Below are positions 1 through 7,238 of a DNA stretch of 64,000 nucleotides, one piece after another (positions within the stretch are counted from its first letter, which is position 1; the number at the start of each line of letters is the position of its first letter). The notes below the pieces were generated by a model that was given only the letters and a program-made list of their open reading frames with translations, did not search any database and was not told the origin of the DNA. A program made the position numbers and the translations under genes. The stretch comes from Candidatus Limnocylindrales bacterium (GTDB taxonomy: Bacteria > Chloroflexota > Limnocylindria > Limnocylindrales > CSP1-4). The stretch lies in assembly GCA_036558545.1 (NCBI GenBank), contig DATBFJ010000101.1, forward strand, positions 364 through 64,363, read 5' to 3'.

Positions 1-264
1 AACCTCGCGATCCGCTGCTTCGTAAACGGCGAGTTGATGCAGGACGGCAACACGGCGGACATGGTCTTCAGCGTCGCCGAACTGATCTCGTTCTGCTCCC
101 AGGCCTTCACGCTCGAGCCCGGCGATGTGATCGCCACGGGCACGCCGGCTGGTGTCGGCTGGTTCCGAGAACCTAAGCGGATGCTCAAGGACGGCGACGA
201 GGTGGTCGTGGAGATCGAGCGCATCGGCCGGCTCGTCAATCGCTGCGTCGAAGAGCGGCCGTGA
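1..264 (+). CDS. fumarylacetoacetate hydrolase (FAH) family protein, C-terminal fragment (5' end outside window)
   Basis: Frame open from nt 1. Translation ...FTLEPGDVIATGTPAGVG...DGDEVVVEIERIGRLVN is a typical FAH-fold C-terminus. Stop TGA 262-264 overlaps the next start (GTGA). Confidence 0.8.
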   Translation, partial: NLAIRCFVNGELMQDGNTADMVFSVAELISFCSQAFTLEPGDVIATGTPAGVGWFREPKRMLKDGDEVVVEIERIGRLVNRCVEERP

Positions 265-962
265 CCGATCGCCCGTCGCTGACCTTGCTCGTTGTCGATG
301 ACGAGCCGGCCTGGGTCGGCGCACTTGGTGCCGTGCTGGGCAAGGCCGGTCATCGAATCGTCGCGGCATATGACGGCGACGAAGCCCTGCGACGATTTCG
401 CAGCGACAAGGTGGACGTCGTGCTCCTCGACCTGGCCATGCCGCGCCTCGACGGAGCCGAGGTGGTCCGCGTGATCCGCGCCGAATCGGACACGCCGATC
501 ATCGTCGTCTCTGGTGAGCGCGACAGGTCTGTGCCGGCGGAGCTGCTCGATCTGGGCGCGGACGACTACGTGCGCAAGGGCGTTCCATCAAGCGAGCTGC
601 TCGCGCGCATTCGCGCAGTCGCCCGGCGTCACTCGGGGAAGGCCTCGGAGCGAGTCGCTGGCGGCTGGGATCTCGATCTCAAACGCCACGAAATTCGCTG
701 GCACGAAACGCTTATCCCGGCGACAGCGATCGAGTTCATGCTGCTCGAGACGCTCATCGAGCGGCTCGGCGAAGTCGTCCCCCACGCCGACCTGCTGGCC
801 GCGGGGTGGCCGGAGGTTCGCGATCCGGAGCCACTGTGGCTCAAGCCTCATCTGGCGCGCCTGCGCGACAAGCTCAACGCCGCAGGCGCCCCCGTGCCTA
901 TGGCGGTCCGTGGCGTCGGCTACCGGCTCGAGGACGATGCTGGAGCGGACAGTCGGGGCTAA
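261..962 (+). CDS. OmpR/PhoB-family response regulator (receiver + winged-helix)
   Basis: LLVVDDEP...VDVVLLDLAMPRLDG receiver motifs. C-terminal ...EFMLLETLIERLGEVV...GVGYRLE winged-helix output domain. No cognate kinase is adjacent. Confidence 0.9.
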   Translation: MTDRPSLTLLVVDDEPAWVGALGAVLGKAGHRIVAAYDGDEALRRFRSDKVDVVLLDLAMPRLDGAEVVRVIRAESDTPIIVVSGERDRSVPAELLDLGADDYVRKGVPSSELLARIRAVARRHSGKASERVAGGWDLDLKRHEIRWHETLIPATAIEFMLLETLIERLGEVVPHADLLAAGWPEVRDPEPLWLKPHLARLRDKLNAAGAPVPMAVRGVGYRLEDDAGADSRG

Positions 963-3016
963 GCGGCTCCCGCGCAGTCGTACAGGTCCGTCGCCGAGCC
1001 ACCATCGATGATCGCTGGGTGGCAGTTGTTGCGTACCCAGCCGCTGATGCCGACCGCTTGACCCTGGCCCAGGCCAAAGCTGCCGAAGGACTGGTTCGCG
1101 GCAAGGACGAAGCGGATCTCGCCCGAATGGATGAATTGCTGGAGCTGCTCCAGCGTCGGGTAGGGATCGGATCCGTTGAAGCCGCCCATGGCCATCACGG
1201 GCTGGCCTGTAGCGAGCTGGATCGGCGCGGCCTCGTTCGAGCCGCTCGCGGCGACCAGCCAGCGCGCGCTGCCACGGTTGGCAAACAGGTATTCCAGGTC
1301 GGCCTGGTTCATGCCTCCCGGCTCGCGACTGACGAAGTTGCCCGCGGGCACGGGCACACCGGTTCCGACCGATGGGGCGAAGCCGCCGTCAGCCTGTGGG
1401 CGTTGCCCGCGCGCTCCGCCGGTCGTCGTGCCCGTGGGTGACAACAGGCCGGCCAAGCCGGTGAACGAGGCGCGCGCATAAGCCGGCCCGGCCGCCGGGT
1501 CGCCGCCGTTGTAGGACGTCGCCATCGTCTGGACTGCGTAAGCAGCCGGGCCCGTAAGCAGCGCGACCATCCCCAGGGCCGCCGCCGCAACGGTCGCGCG
1601 CTGGATTGTTCGAGCCATGGCCCCGTTGCGGTCGTCATCTGCAAAGGCGAGAAGCGCCACAGCCGCCGCGGCGCAGAGCCCGACGACGAGCACGACTTCG
1701 GCAATGCCGGGCAGGAAGTCCGGCGTCCGGTTGAGCAGCTCCCAGCCAAGTGCCGCGGTCGTGGCGATCGCCGCTGCGAGGGCGCTCGCGGCAACTCGCC
1801 GATGAGTGGCACGGGCGCGCCACAGGTCGACCATGCCGGTGCCGACCAGCGCGCCAATCGCTGGAGCCATCACGACCGTGTAGTAGGAATGGATGATGCC
1901 GGTCATGAAGCTGAAGACGAGCGCGTGAGTGGCCAGCCAGATGGTCCACATCAACACCGCCGCGCGAGGCAGGTCCGTCCGTGGCCTGCGCCAGCGCAGG
2001 ATCAGGCTCGAGGCGGCGCCGATGCCTGCGAAGGGCAGCAGCCAGGCTACCTGGCCGGCCAGCACGTTATTGAACAGGCGCAGCAGGCCCGGCTCACCGC
2101 TGAAGCTGGCACTCGAGCCGGGTCCCGGGAAGTTACTGATCCGCGCCGTCGGGGCAATGCCGCCGCTGAGCTGGCCGAATATTCGGCCCAGTCCGTCGTA
2201 GCCGAACAGAAGCTGAAGCGCGGTGCCGTCGGTCGAACCGCCGACATACGGACGCATGTCGGCCGGTGTGAGCTGCACGGCGGCGACCCACCAAAGGCTG
2301 AACACCAGCACTGACGCGGCTGCGACCAAGAGGCCCGCGACGCGACGCCGCAGCGTCACAGGAGCCGCGATCAGGAAGACGATCGCAAAGGCCGGCAACA
2401 CGAGGTACGCCTGCAGAAACTTCGTGTTGAACGCAAGCCCAACCAGCAGCCCGGACAGGATCAACCAGCGGAAGCGGCCGTCCTGGAGGGCGCGCATGAA
2501 CGCCCAGGCTGCGAGCAGCAGTAACAGGGTCAACAGGGCGTCCGGATTGTTGAAGCGGAAGATGAGCACCGCGACCGGCGTCAGTGCCGCCACGAGCGCA
2601 GCCACCGTGGCCGCCACCGGACCTGCCGTGCGCCTGACTATCGCGTACAGAACGGCGATAGCTGCAACACCGCAGATTGCCTCTGGCAGCAGGATCGTCC
2701 ACGGACTCAGGCCGAAGACTCGGACCGAGAGGCCCATGAGCATCGTCGACAACGGCGGCTTGTCGACGGTGATGAAGTTCGACGGGTCGAGCGAGCCCCA
2801 GAACCACGACGACCAGCTTTGTGCTGCGGCCTGGGCGGCCATCGAGTAGAAGGTGTTCGCGTAGCCGCTGACGGTCAGGTTGTAGACGTACAGAAACGCC
2901 GTGAAGCCGAGCACGCCGACGTGCGCCGGGAGCACCCATGACGAGCTTGCGTCGCGGCGTTCGTCGGCCGCCACGATGCTGGGCGCAACGGTCATTGGCG
3001 TATCCATTGCGTCCAT
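959..3016 (-). CDS. GT39/ArnT-like membrane glycosyltransferase (dolichyl/polyprenyl-phosphate-mannose protein mannosyltransferase family)
   Basis: Multi-TM protein with ...FITVDKPPLSTMLMGLSVRVFGLSPW... typical of the GT-C/GT39 loop 1. Start taken at ATG 3016 (MDAMDTPM). The upstream part of the 857-aa track ORF is Arg/Ala-rich read-through. Confidence 0.8.
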   Translation of the reverse strand: MDAMDTPMTVAPSIVAADERRDASSSWVLPAHVGVLGFTAFLYVYNLTVSGYANTFYSMAAQAAAQSWSSWFWGSLDPSNFITVDKPPLSTMLMGLSVRVFGLSPWTILLPEAICGVAAIAVLYAIVRRTAGPVAATVAALVAALTPVAVLIFRFNNPDALLTLLLLLAAWAFMRALQDGRFRWLILSGLLVGLAFNTKFLQAYLVLPAFAIVFLIAAPVTLRRRVAGLLVAAASVLVFSLWWVAAVQLTPADMRPYVGGSTDGTALQLLFGYDGLGRIFGQLSGGIAPTARISNFPGPGSSASFSGEPGLLRLFNNVLAGQVAWLLPFAGIGAASSLILRWRRPRTDLPRAAVLMWTIWLATHALVFSFMTGIIHSYYTVVMAPAIGALVGTGMVDLWRARATHRRVAASALAAAIATTAALGWELLNRTPDFLPGIAEVVLVVGLCAAAAVALLAFADDDRNGAMARTIQRATVAAAALGMVALLTGPAAYAVQTMATSYNGGDPAAGPAYARASFTGLAGLLSPTGTTTGGARGQRPQADGGFAPSVGTGVPVPAGNFVSREPGGMNQADLEYLFANRGSARWLVAASGSNEAAPIQLATGQPVMAMGGFNGSDPYPTLEQLQQFIHSGEIRFVLAANQSFGSFGLGQGQAVGISGWVRNNCHPAIIDGGSATDLYDCAGAA

Positions 3017-3343
3017 ATTGGCGCTTTTTCGTCGCAACTCGTTGTGCGTTGCCTGTGGCAACCCTGCGTGGGTCGGGCGGTCAGCCGGTGTCCGAAGTCG
3101 CCCAATCGCGTCGTCAGGTGGAGCATCAGGAACGGCACGGCAAAGCCGCCAAGCCGGTTGACCAGCGTGCCCAACCACAGGTACCAGAACGACACGGGCA
3201 TCTCCGAACGACCAAAGCGCTGCCTGAGGCTGAGTCGCGACGGCGCCATGGCTCGCGACGTTGGCGTGTCTGCAACCCTCGCGACACCCAACGGACACCC
3301 GCGCGCCGCTGAACGAAGCTGAGCGTCTCCCTAACGTGATCTC

Positions 3344-3607
3344 ATGAGCGATTACTCCGTTGCGCGATTCCCACCGCCGCGCGACGCCGGTGGACCGGTG
3401 ACCTGCGCGGTGTGCGGCTGCCGATTGGTGGCCATGACTGGCGCCCAGGACGGCGCCTACCGTCATTTCCCGTCCTTGATGGCAGGGCAGGATGCACGCG
3501 GCTGCCGTCCTTACTGCGTTGATGCGTTGCACGATGGGGACGGCACTGTCCTCAGGGCGGCCGAGTCGGGGCGCGGCTCGGCGGCCAATGATGCTGCTGC
3601 GGCCTGA
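3344..3607 (+). CDS. hypothetical small Cys-rich protein (87 aa)
   Basis: ORF with CAVCGC...C...C pattern and high-GC third positions, followed 28 nt later by a strong hairpin. I recognise no homology. Confidence 0.4.
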   Translation: MSDYSVARFPPPRDAGGPVTCAVCGCRLVAMTGAQDGAYRHFPSLMAGQDARGCRPYCVDALHDGDGTVLRAAESGRGSAANDAAAA

Positions 3608-3634
3608 TCGCGGCTAGCCTCCCTGTCGCCCGAC

Positions 3635-3662
3635 GAGGCCCCGCGCGAAAGCGCGGGGCCTC
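3635..3662 (+). terminator. GC-rich hairpin, probable intrinsic terminator
   Basis: GAGGCCCCGCGC-GAAA-GCGCGGGGCCTC, a perfect 12-bp stem with a GAAA loop, followed by GCGGTTTCC (short U tract). Confidence 0.5.
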
Positions 3663-3683
3663 GCGGTTTCCCCGAGGAACTCG

Positions 3684-3773
3684 ATGTTTGAACTCGTTGC
3701 TCTCGTATTCGTCATCGGCATGGCCGTGGCGCTGGTCGAGTGGTGGAAAGGTCCCGACATTCCACGCAAGTAG
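3684..3773 (+). CDS. possible 29-aa hydrophobic micro-protein (MFELVALVFVIGMAVALVEWWKGPDIPRK)
   Basis: ATG 3684 is preceded by GAGGA (3674-3678) with 5-nt spacing. It has a single predicted TM helix. It is below the size cut-off of the ORF track. Confidence 0.25.
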   Translation: MFELVALVFVIGMAVALVEWWKGPDIPRK

Positions 3774-3890
3774 CCCCCGAGCTCCTCGGCCGCAGGCCGA
3801 CTAGTGCGTTTGGAGTAGCAATTCCCGTACCAATCGGCGTTGTGAGCAACCACCGGCATGAGAGCGAGCGTCCTCAGAACAGCCCCTGTA

Positions 3891-3906
3891 TGTGACTTAA
3901 GTCACG
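3891..3906. promoter_or_regulatory. CRP/FNR-type binding-site candidate TGTGA-N6-TCACg
   Basis: TGTGACTTAAGTCACG. The inner 14 nt (3892-3905) are a perfect palindrome. Its centre lies about 112 nt upstream of the GTG start at 4011. Confidence 0.5.
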
Positions 3907-4010
3907 TACTACCTGCCCCCCTCGGATTACCGAGCGGCTAGTTCCGCACCCGATTTCGCTCCGCGACAGTCTGGCTCTACCGGAATTGATCCGCATATGG
4001 AGCTCATCAA

Positions 4011-4400
4011 GTGAAGCGATTTCTGTTCATTCTCGCCGCGGGCGCCCTTACGTTCGGCACGGTCTACGGCTTCGCCGCGAGCCTGAATCTGAACACCGAC
4101 AGCCTGGGCGCTGCCCGCACCGTCGTTGCAGCCTGCCAGGCCGGCACGCTCACCGCGACGTACACGACGACCTATTCGGCAACGGCCCCCGGCTACACCG
4201 TCGGAACCGTCACTGTCAACGGTCTTGCGTCGACGTGCTACAGCAAGGCATACAAGATCACACTCGCCAACGGATCCGATGTGTCACTCGGTGAGGCGAC
4301 TGGGACTACGCCTTCGTCGGGCACCAGCTTCTCGGCCACCTTCAGTCCGGCTGTAAGCGCCTCGTCCGCTTCTGCGGTCAGCGTAGTCATCAGCGGCTAG
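4011..4400 (+). CDS. small secreted T/S/G/V-rich protein, SipW-type signal peptide candidate (paralog 1)
   Basis: GTG start with GGAG 8 nt upstream. N-terminus MKRFLFILAAGALTFGTVYGFAASL. Paralogous to 4442-4813. Lies in an operon with an S26B signal peptidase. Confidence 0.75.
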   Translation: MKRFLFILAAGALTFGTVYGFAASLNLNTDSLGAARTVVAACQAGTLTATYTTTYSATAPGYTVGTVTVNGLASTCYSKAYKITLANGSDVSLGEATGTTPSSGTSFSATFSPAVSASSASAVSVVISG

Positions 4401-4441
4401 AGCAAGCCGCCTGTTGCCGGCCGCGGCCGGCGACCTTAACC

Positions 4442-4813
4442 ATGGCCATGCGACGTCTGCTGCTTCCGGTCATCGCTGTCGCGCTTTGCGGCACTGCGAT
4501 CGGGGCAGCGGCGTCGCTTCCTTTTGCCACGGCTGGGCTCGGCGCGGCTCGGGTCGTCATCCCGCGTTGCACGACCGGCTCACTTTCTGTAGCCCAGAAT
4601 CTGTCGGGTAACAACGTGATCAGCGTCACGGTTTCCGGGCTGCCGTCGGCCTGCGCCGGTGCGACCTTGCAGGCGGCGGTGAACAACGGCTCAGTAAGCA
4701 GCTCTGGGTCCGCGACCATCCCCGGCGGCGGTGGCAGTGTGACCGTGATCCTTGCCAGCGCCGTCGCTGCATCGACGACCGAGCAGACAGATCTCGTGGT
4801 CGTCGGACCATGA
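4442..4813 (+). CDS. small secreted T/S/G/V-rich protein, SipW-type signal peptide candidate (paralog 2)
   Basis: N-terminus MAMRRLLLPVIAVALCGTAIGAAASL. Shares the ASL...LGAAR..C and GL(P/A)S(A/T)C motifs with 4011-4400. Its stop overlaps the next start (ATGA). Confidence 0.75.
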   Translation: MAMRRLLLPVIAVALCGTAIGAAASLPFATAGLGAARVVIPRCTTGSLSVAQNLSGNNVISVTVSGLPSACAGATLQAAVNNGSVSSSGSATIPGGGGSVTVILASAVAASTTEQTDLVVVGP

Positions 4814-5535
4814 CCAAGCGTCACGTTTCAATTCTTGCGATTGCGTTTGTCTTGGGAGGCTTCAGCCTGGCCATTTCAATTGCGCCGGGATCGGCAAGCA
4901 GCCTCGCACTGAGCTCACAGCATCTCACTGCCTACCGGACGTGCACCGTGACGGCGACTCCGTCGACCACGACGAGCGTGATCGACGCCACTGTCGAACA
5001 GGCAACGCCGACGTCGAATTTCGGCAGCGCGACAACTCTTGAAGTCGACAGTGCACGCAATGACAACGCGCGTACCTACCTGAAGTTTGATCTGTCCGGC
5101 TGCCACCCAACGATCCCCAGCAGCGCAGCCGTCAAGACCGCGACACTGAACATCTACGCTTCAGCGCTGCCCAACGCCTGCCGCACGTTCGATGTCTTCC
5201 GTGTCACAGCTGCGTGGGCGGAGGCGACCGTGACATGGAACAACCAACCTTCTGATCCGACCGTCAACAAGCCGCCGGCGTCGTCCAGGACGACCTCGTT
5301 CAAGATTGGCGCAAAGAACAATTGCGACAACTCAAGCACCGGCTATGTCTCGGACATCGATGTGTTGGATGACGTGGCGGACTACGTTTCCGGCGCAGCG
5401 ACCAATTACGGCTGGATGATTCGCGACAACAGCGAGAACGCGGGTACCGCACGGACAGCAACGTTTTCGGCCAAGAACCTGGGGACATTGAGCCAGGCGC
5501 CACAGCTGATCGTCACTTACGTGACCTCGCCATGA
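4810..5535 (+). CDS. secreted DNRLRE-domain protein
   Basis: Signal-anchor N-terminus, then ...SNFGSATTLEVDSARNDNARTYLKFDLSGC...ATLNIYA...FDVFRVTAAWAEATVTWNNQP..., as in the DNRLRE/CBM-like domain (family recalled as NF033679). Confidence 0.75.
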   Translation: MTKRHVSILAIAFVLGGFSLAISIAPGSASSLALSSQHLTAYRTCTVTATPSTTTSVIDATVEQATPTSNFGSATTLEVDSARNDNARTYLKFDLSGCHPTIPSSAAVKTATLNIYASALPNACRTFDVFRVTAAWAEATVTWNNQPSDPTVNKPPASSRTTSFKIGAKNNCDNSSTGYVSDIDVLDDVADYVSGAATNYGWMIRDNSENAGTARTATFSAKNLGTLSQAPQLIVTYVTSP

Positions 5536-6089
5536 CAACGCGCCTCCGACCGCACATCAACGCGCGGAATTTGCTGCTCGCGGCTTTGCTTCTCGCCTGG
5601 GCACTGTTTCTGCGCCCGCAAGCGCTGGGAGGCTCAGCCGCCTTCATTCTCGTACGCGGCGATTCGATGCTCCCGACGTTCAATAACGGTGACCTGCTCC
5701 TTGTGTATCCGCAGGCCTCCTACTCGGTCGGCGACATAGTCGCTTACCGACTGCCCGCGTCGGAGGTGGGTGCGGGCCATCTGGTTGTCCATCGCATCTC
5801 CGCCACCAGCCCCGATGGCTTCGAGCTGCAGGGAGACAACAATCCCGTCGCGGATCCGTGGACTGCCAGACCCGCCGACGTCGCAGGCCGCGTATTCCTT
5901 CGCATTCCGGCGGTGGGCATGGTTCTGGCGTTCCTGCTTCAACCGGTTCTGGCTGGTGGACTTGCGAGCGCCGGAGTCGTCATGCTCATCTTGGCGCGCG
6001 CCACGCGGACGACGGCGTCGAGGCCACCTAAGGCGCGACGGGTCCCTGTTGCCGAGCAAGGCGCGCGCGCAACGCGTCTCGGTAGCTGA
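5532..6089 (+). CDS. signal peptidase I, SipW/Sec11 (S26B) type
   Basis: N-terminal TM, VRGDSMLPTF (Ser box), HLVVHRI (His box), LQGDNN box and a C-terminal TM. The ATGA overlap with the upstream gene indicates translational coupling. Confidence 0.85.
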   Translation: MTTRLRPHINARNLLLAALLLAWALFLRPQALGGSAAFILVRGDSMLPTFNNGDLLLVYPQASYSVGDIVAYRLPASEVGAGHLVVHRISATSPDGFELQGDNNPVADPWTARPADVAGRVFLRIPAVGMVLAFLLQPVLAGGLASAGVVMLILARATRTTASRPPKARRVPVAEQGARATRLGS

Positions 6090-7137
6090 GATCCACGACG
6101 GTCGCGAAAACGACCACCGCGTCCCCGCGGTAAGCGGGCAGAATGGTTATCTCGGCAGGAAATTCACTGCCGTCGGAGCGTGTGCCGGTGCAATCACCCT
6201 CGAGCCCGACGGGACCTGCTTCACGGTCCTGTGTGAATCGCGGGAGCACGGCCGACCACGGCGCCCGATTCGGAAGGCCGATCAGCATTGTTGCCGACCT
6301 GCCCACGACCTCGCGCGGCTCGAGACCAAAGACGTGCTTGGTGGCCGGGTTCGCGTAGACAGCCTGGCCGTCCGAGTCGATCGCTATGACGGGGTGCGGT
6401 GAGGCGTCGTACAGGTCGTCGGCCAGCTCACCATCCATGATCAACGAGCGCGACGGCTTCCACCATGGACCTGCCGCAGCTATGAGTCGCTTCGCATCGA
6501 GGATTCGAACACCACCGCGCTGTACCAACACGAGGCCGTCCGCCTGGAACTGTCGGAGCGCACGTCCCACGACCTCGCGCGCAGTGCCCAATGCGATCGC
6601 CAATTCCTGCTGCGTCACCGGCGCGACCATGTCGCCTTCTTCCTGCTGGCCCTCGGCGGTATCGAGCAGATGGGCAGCCAGCCGGTCCTTCAGCGTGCCG
6701 AAGTAGGTCGCTGTGAATGTGCGTAACACGTCTGCCAGGCGTCGTGTCGTCTCGGCGGCAAGAGCGCGACCGGCGGTTGGATTGGAGCGCTGCAGAGCCA
6801 CGACGGCAGCAAAGTCCAGATCTACGATCGTGACCGGCGTCACCGCGTCGTGCGCGACGGGCAGCGGCCCGCTCGTGGTCCCGGGCGCCGATGTGACGAT
6901 GATCGAGCGCTCACGGACGTAGCGCGTGGTCAGCTGGCGGCCATCCGGACCGCTGACATAGGCGCGCGCAATCCCTTCGAGGACGAAGCCGATTCGGCGT
7001 TCAGACAGGTCGGGATAGACGCGCTGCCCTCGCCGAAGGTCGAGAAGGTTGGCGGACGAGAGAAGTTCCTCGCGTGCAGAGTCGTCGATTTCACCGAGAA
7101 ACGAGCCGGCGAGGCCGACGAGAGGCACAGGAAGCAT
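6028..7137 (-). CDS. Crp/Fnr-family transcriptional regulator with C-terminal PAS domain
   Basis: cNMP-binding-like N-domain (RIGFVLEGIARAYVSGPDGRQLT), Crp-type HTH (TQQELAIALGTAREVVGRALRQFQADGLV), then a PAS-like region (HPVIAIDSDGQAVYANPATKHVFGLEPREVVGRS...SDGSEFPAEI). Confidence 0.85.
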   Translation of the reverse strand: MLPVPLVGLAGSFLGEIDDSAREELLSSANLLDLRRGQRVYPDLSERRIGFVLEGIARAYVSGPDGRQLTTRYVRERSIIVTSAPGTTSGPLPVAHDAVTPVTIVDLDFAAVVALQRSNPTAGRALAAETTRRLADVLRTFTATYFGTLKDRLAAHLLDTAEGQQEEGDMVAPVTQQELAIALGTAREVVGRALRQFQADGLVLVQRGGVRILDAKRLIAAAGPWWKPSRSLIMDGELADDLYDASPHPVIAIDSDGQAVYANPATKHVFGLEPREVVGRSATMLIGLPNRAPWSAVLPRFTQDREAGPVGLEGDCTGTRSDGSEFPAEITILPAYRGDAVVVFATVVDLSYRDALRARLARQQGPVAP

Positions 7138-7238
7138 CAGCGGGCAGCCTACGGTGCGTTTGATGTCGTCAGGCTCAAGATAACGCCGCGCGGGCCAGCG
7201 ATTGCGGTCATTCCGCGAGGAATCGAGCCGAGGTCGGA

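Noticed and set aside
3017-3532. N-terminal extensions of track ORFs. Examples are 959-3532, 7239-9326, 11747-12658, 15696-16991, 16140-17633, 31208-32311, 33646-35202, 38407-39489, 52263-52958, 52765-53826, 53606-55177 and 60276-63929.
   Set aside because: The extensions overlap neighbouring real genes or are Arg/Pro/Ala-rich read-through. Internal starts that give family-typical N-termini, often with a Shine-Dalgarno sequence, were used instead.
6028-6089. Convergent CDS overlaps (6028-6089, 35222-35250, 12806-12850, 32569-32580, 60276-60351)
   Set aside because: Considered as possible antisense-regulation or mis-called ends. Such 3'-3' overlaps are common in compact high-GC genomes, and nothing in the sequence argues for a special function.
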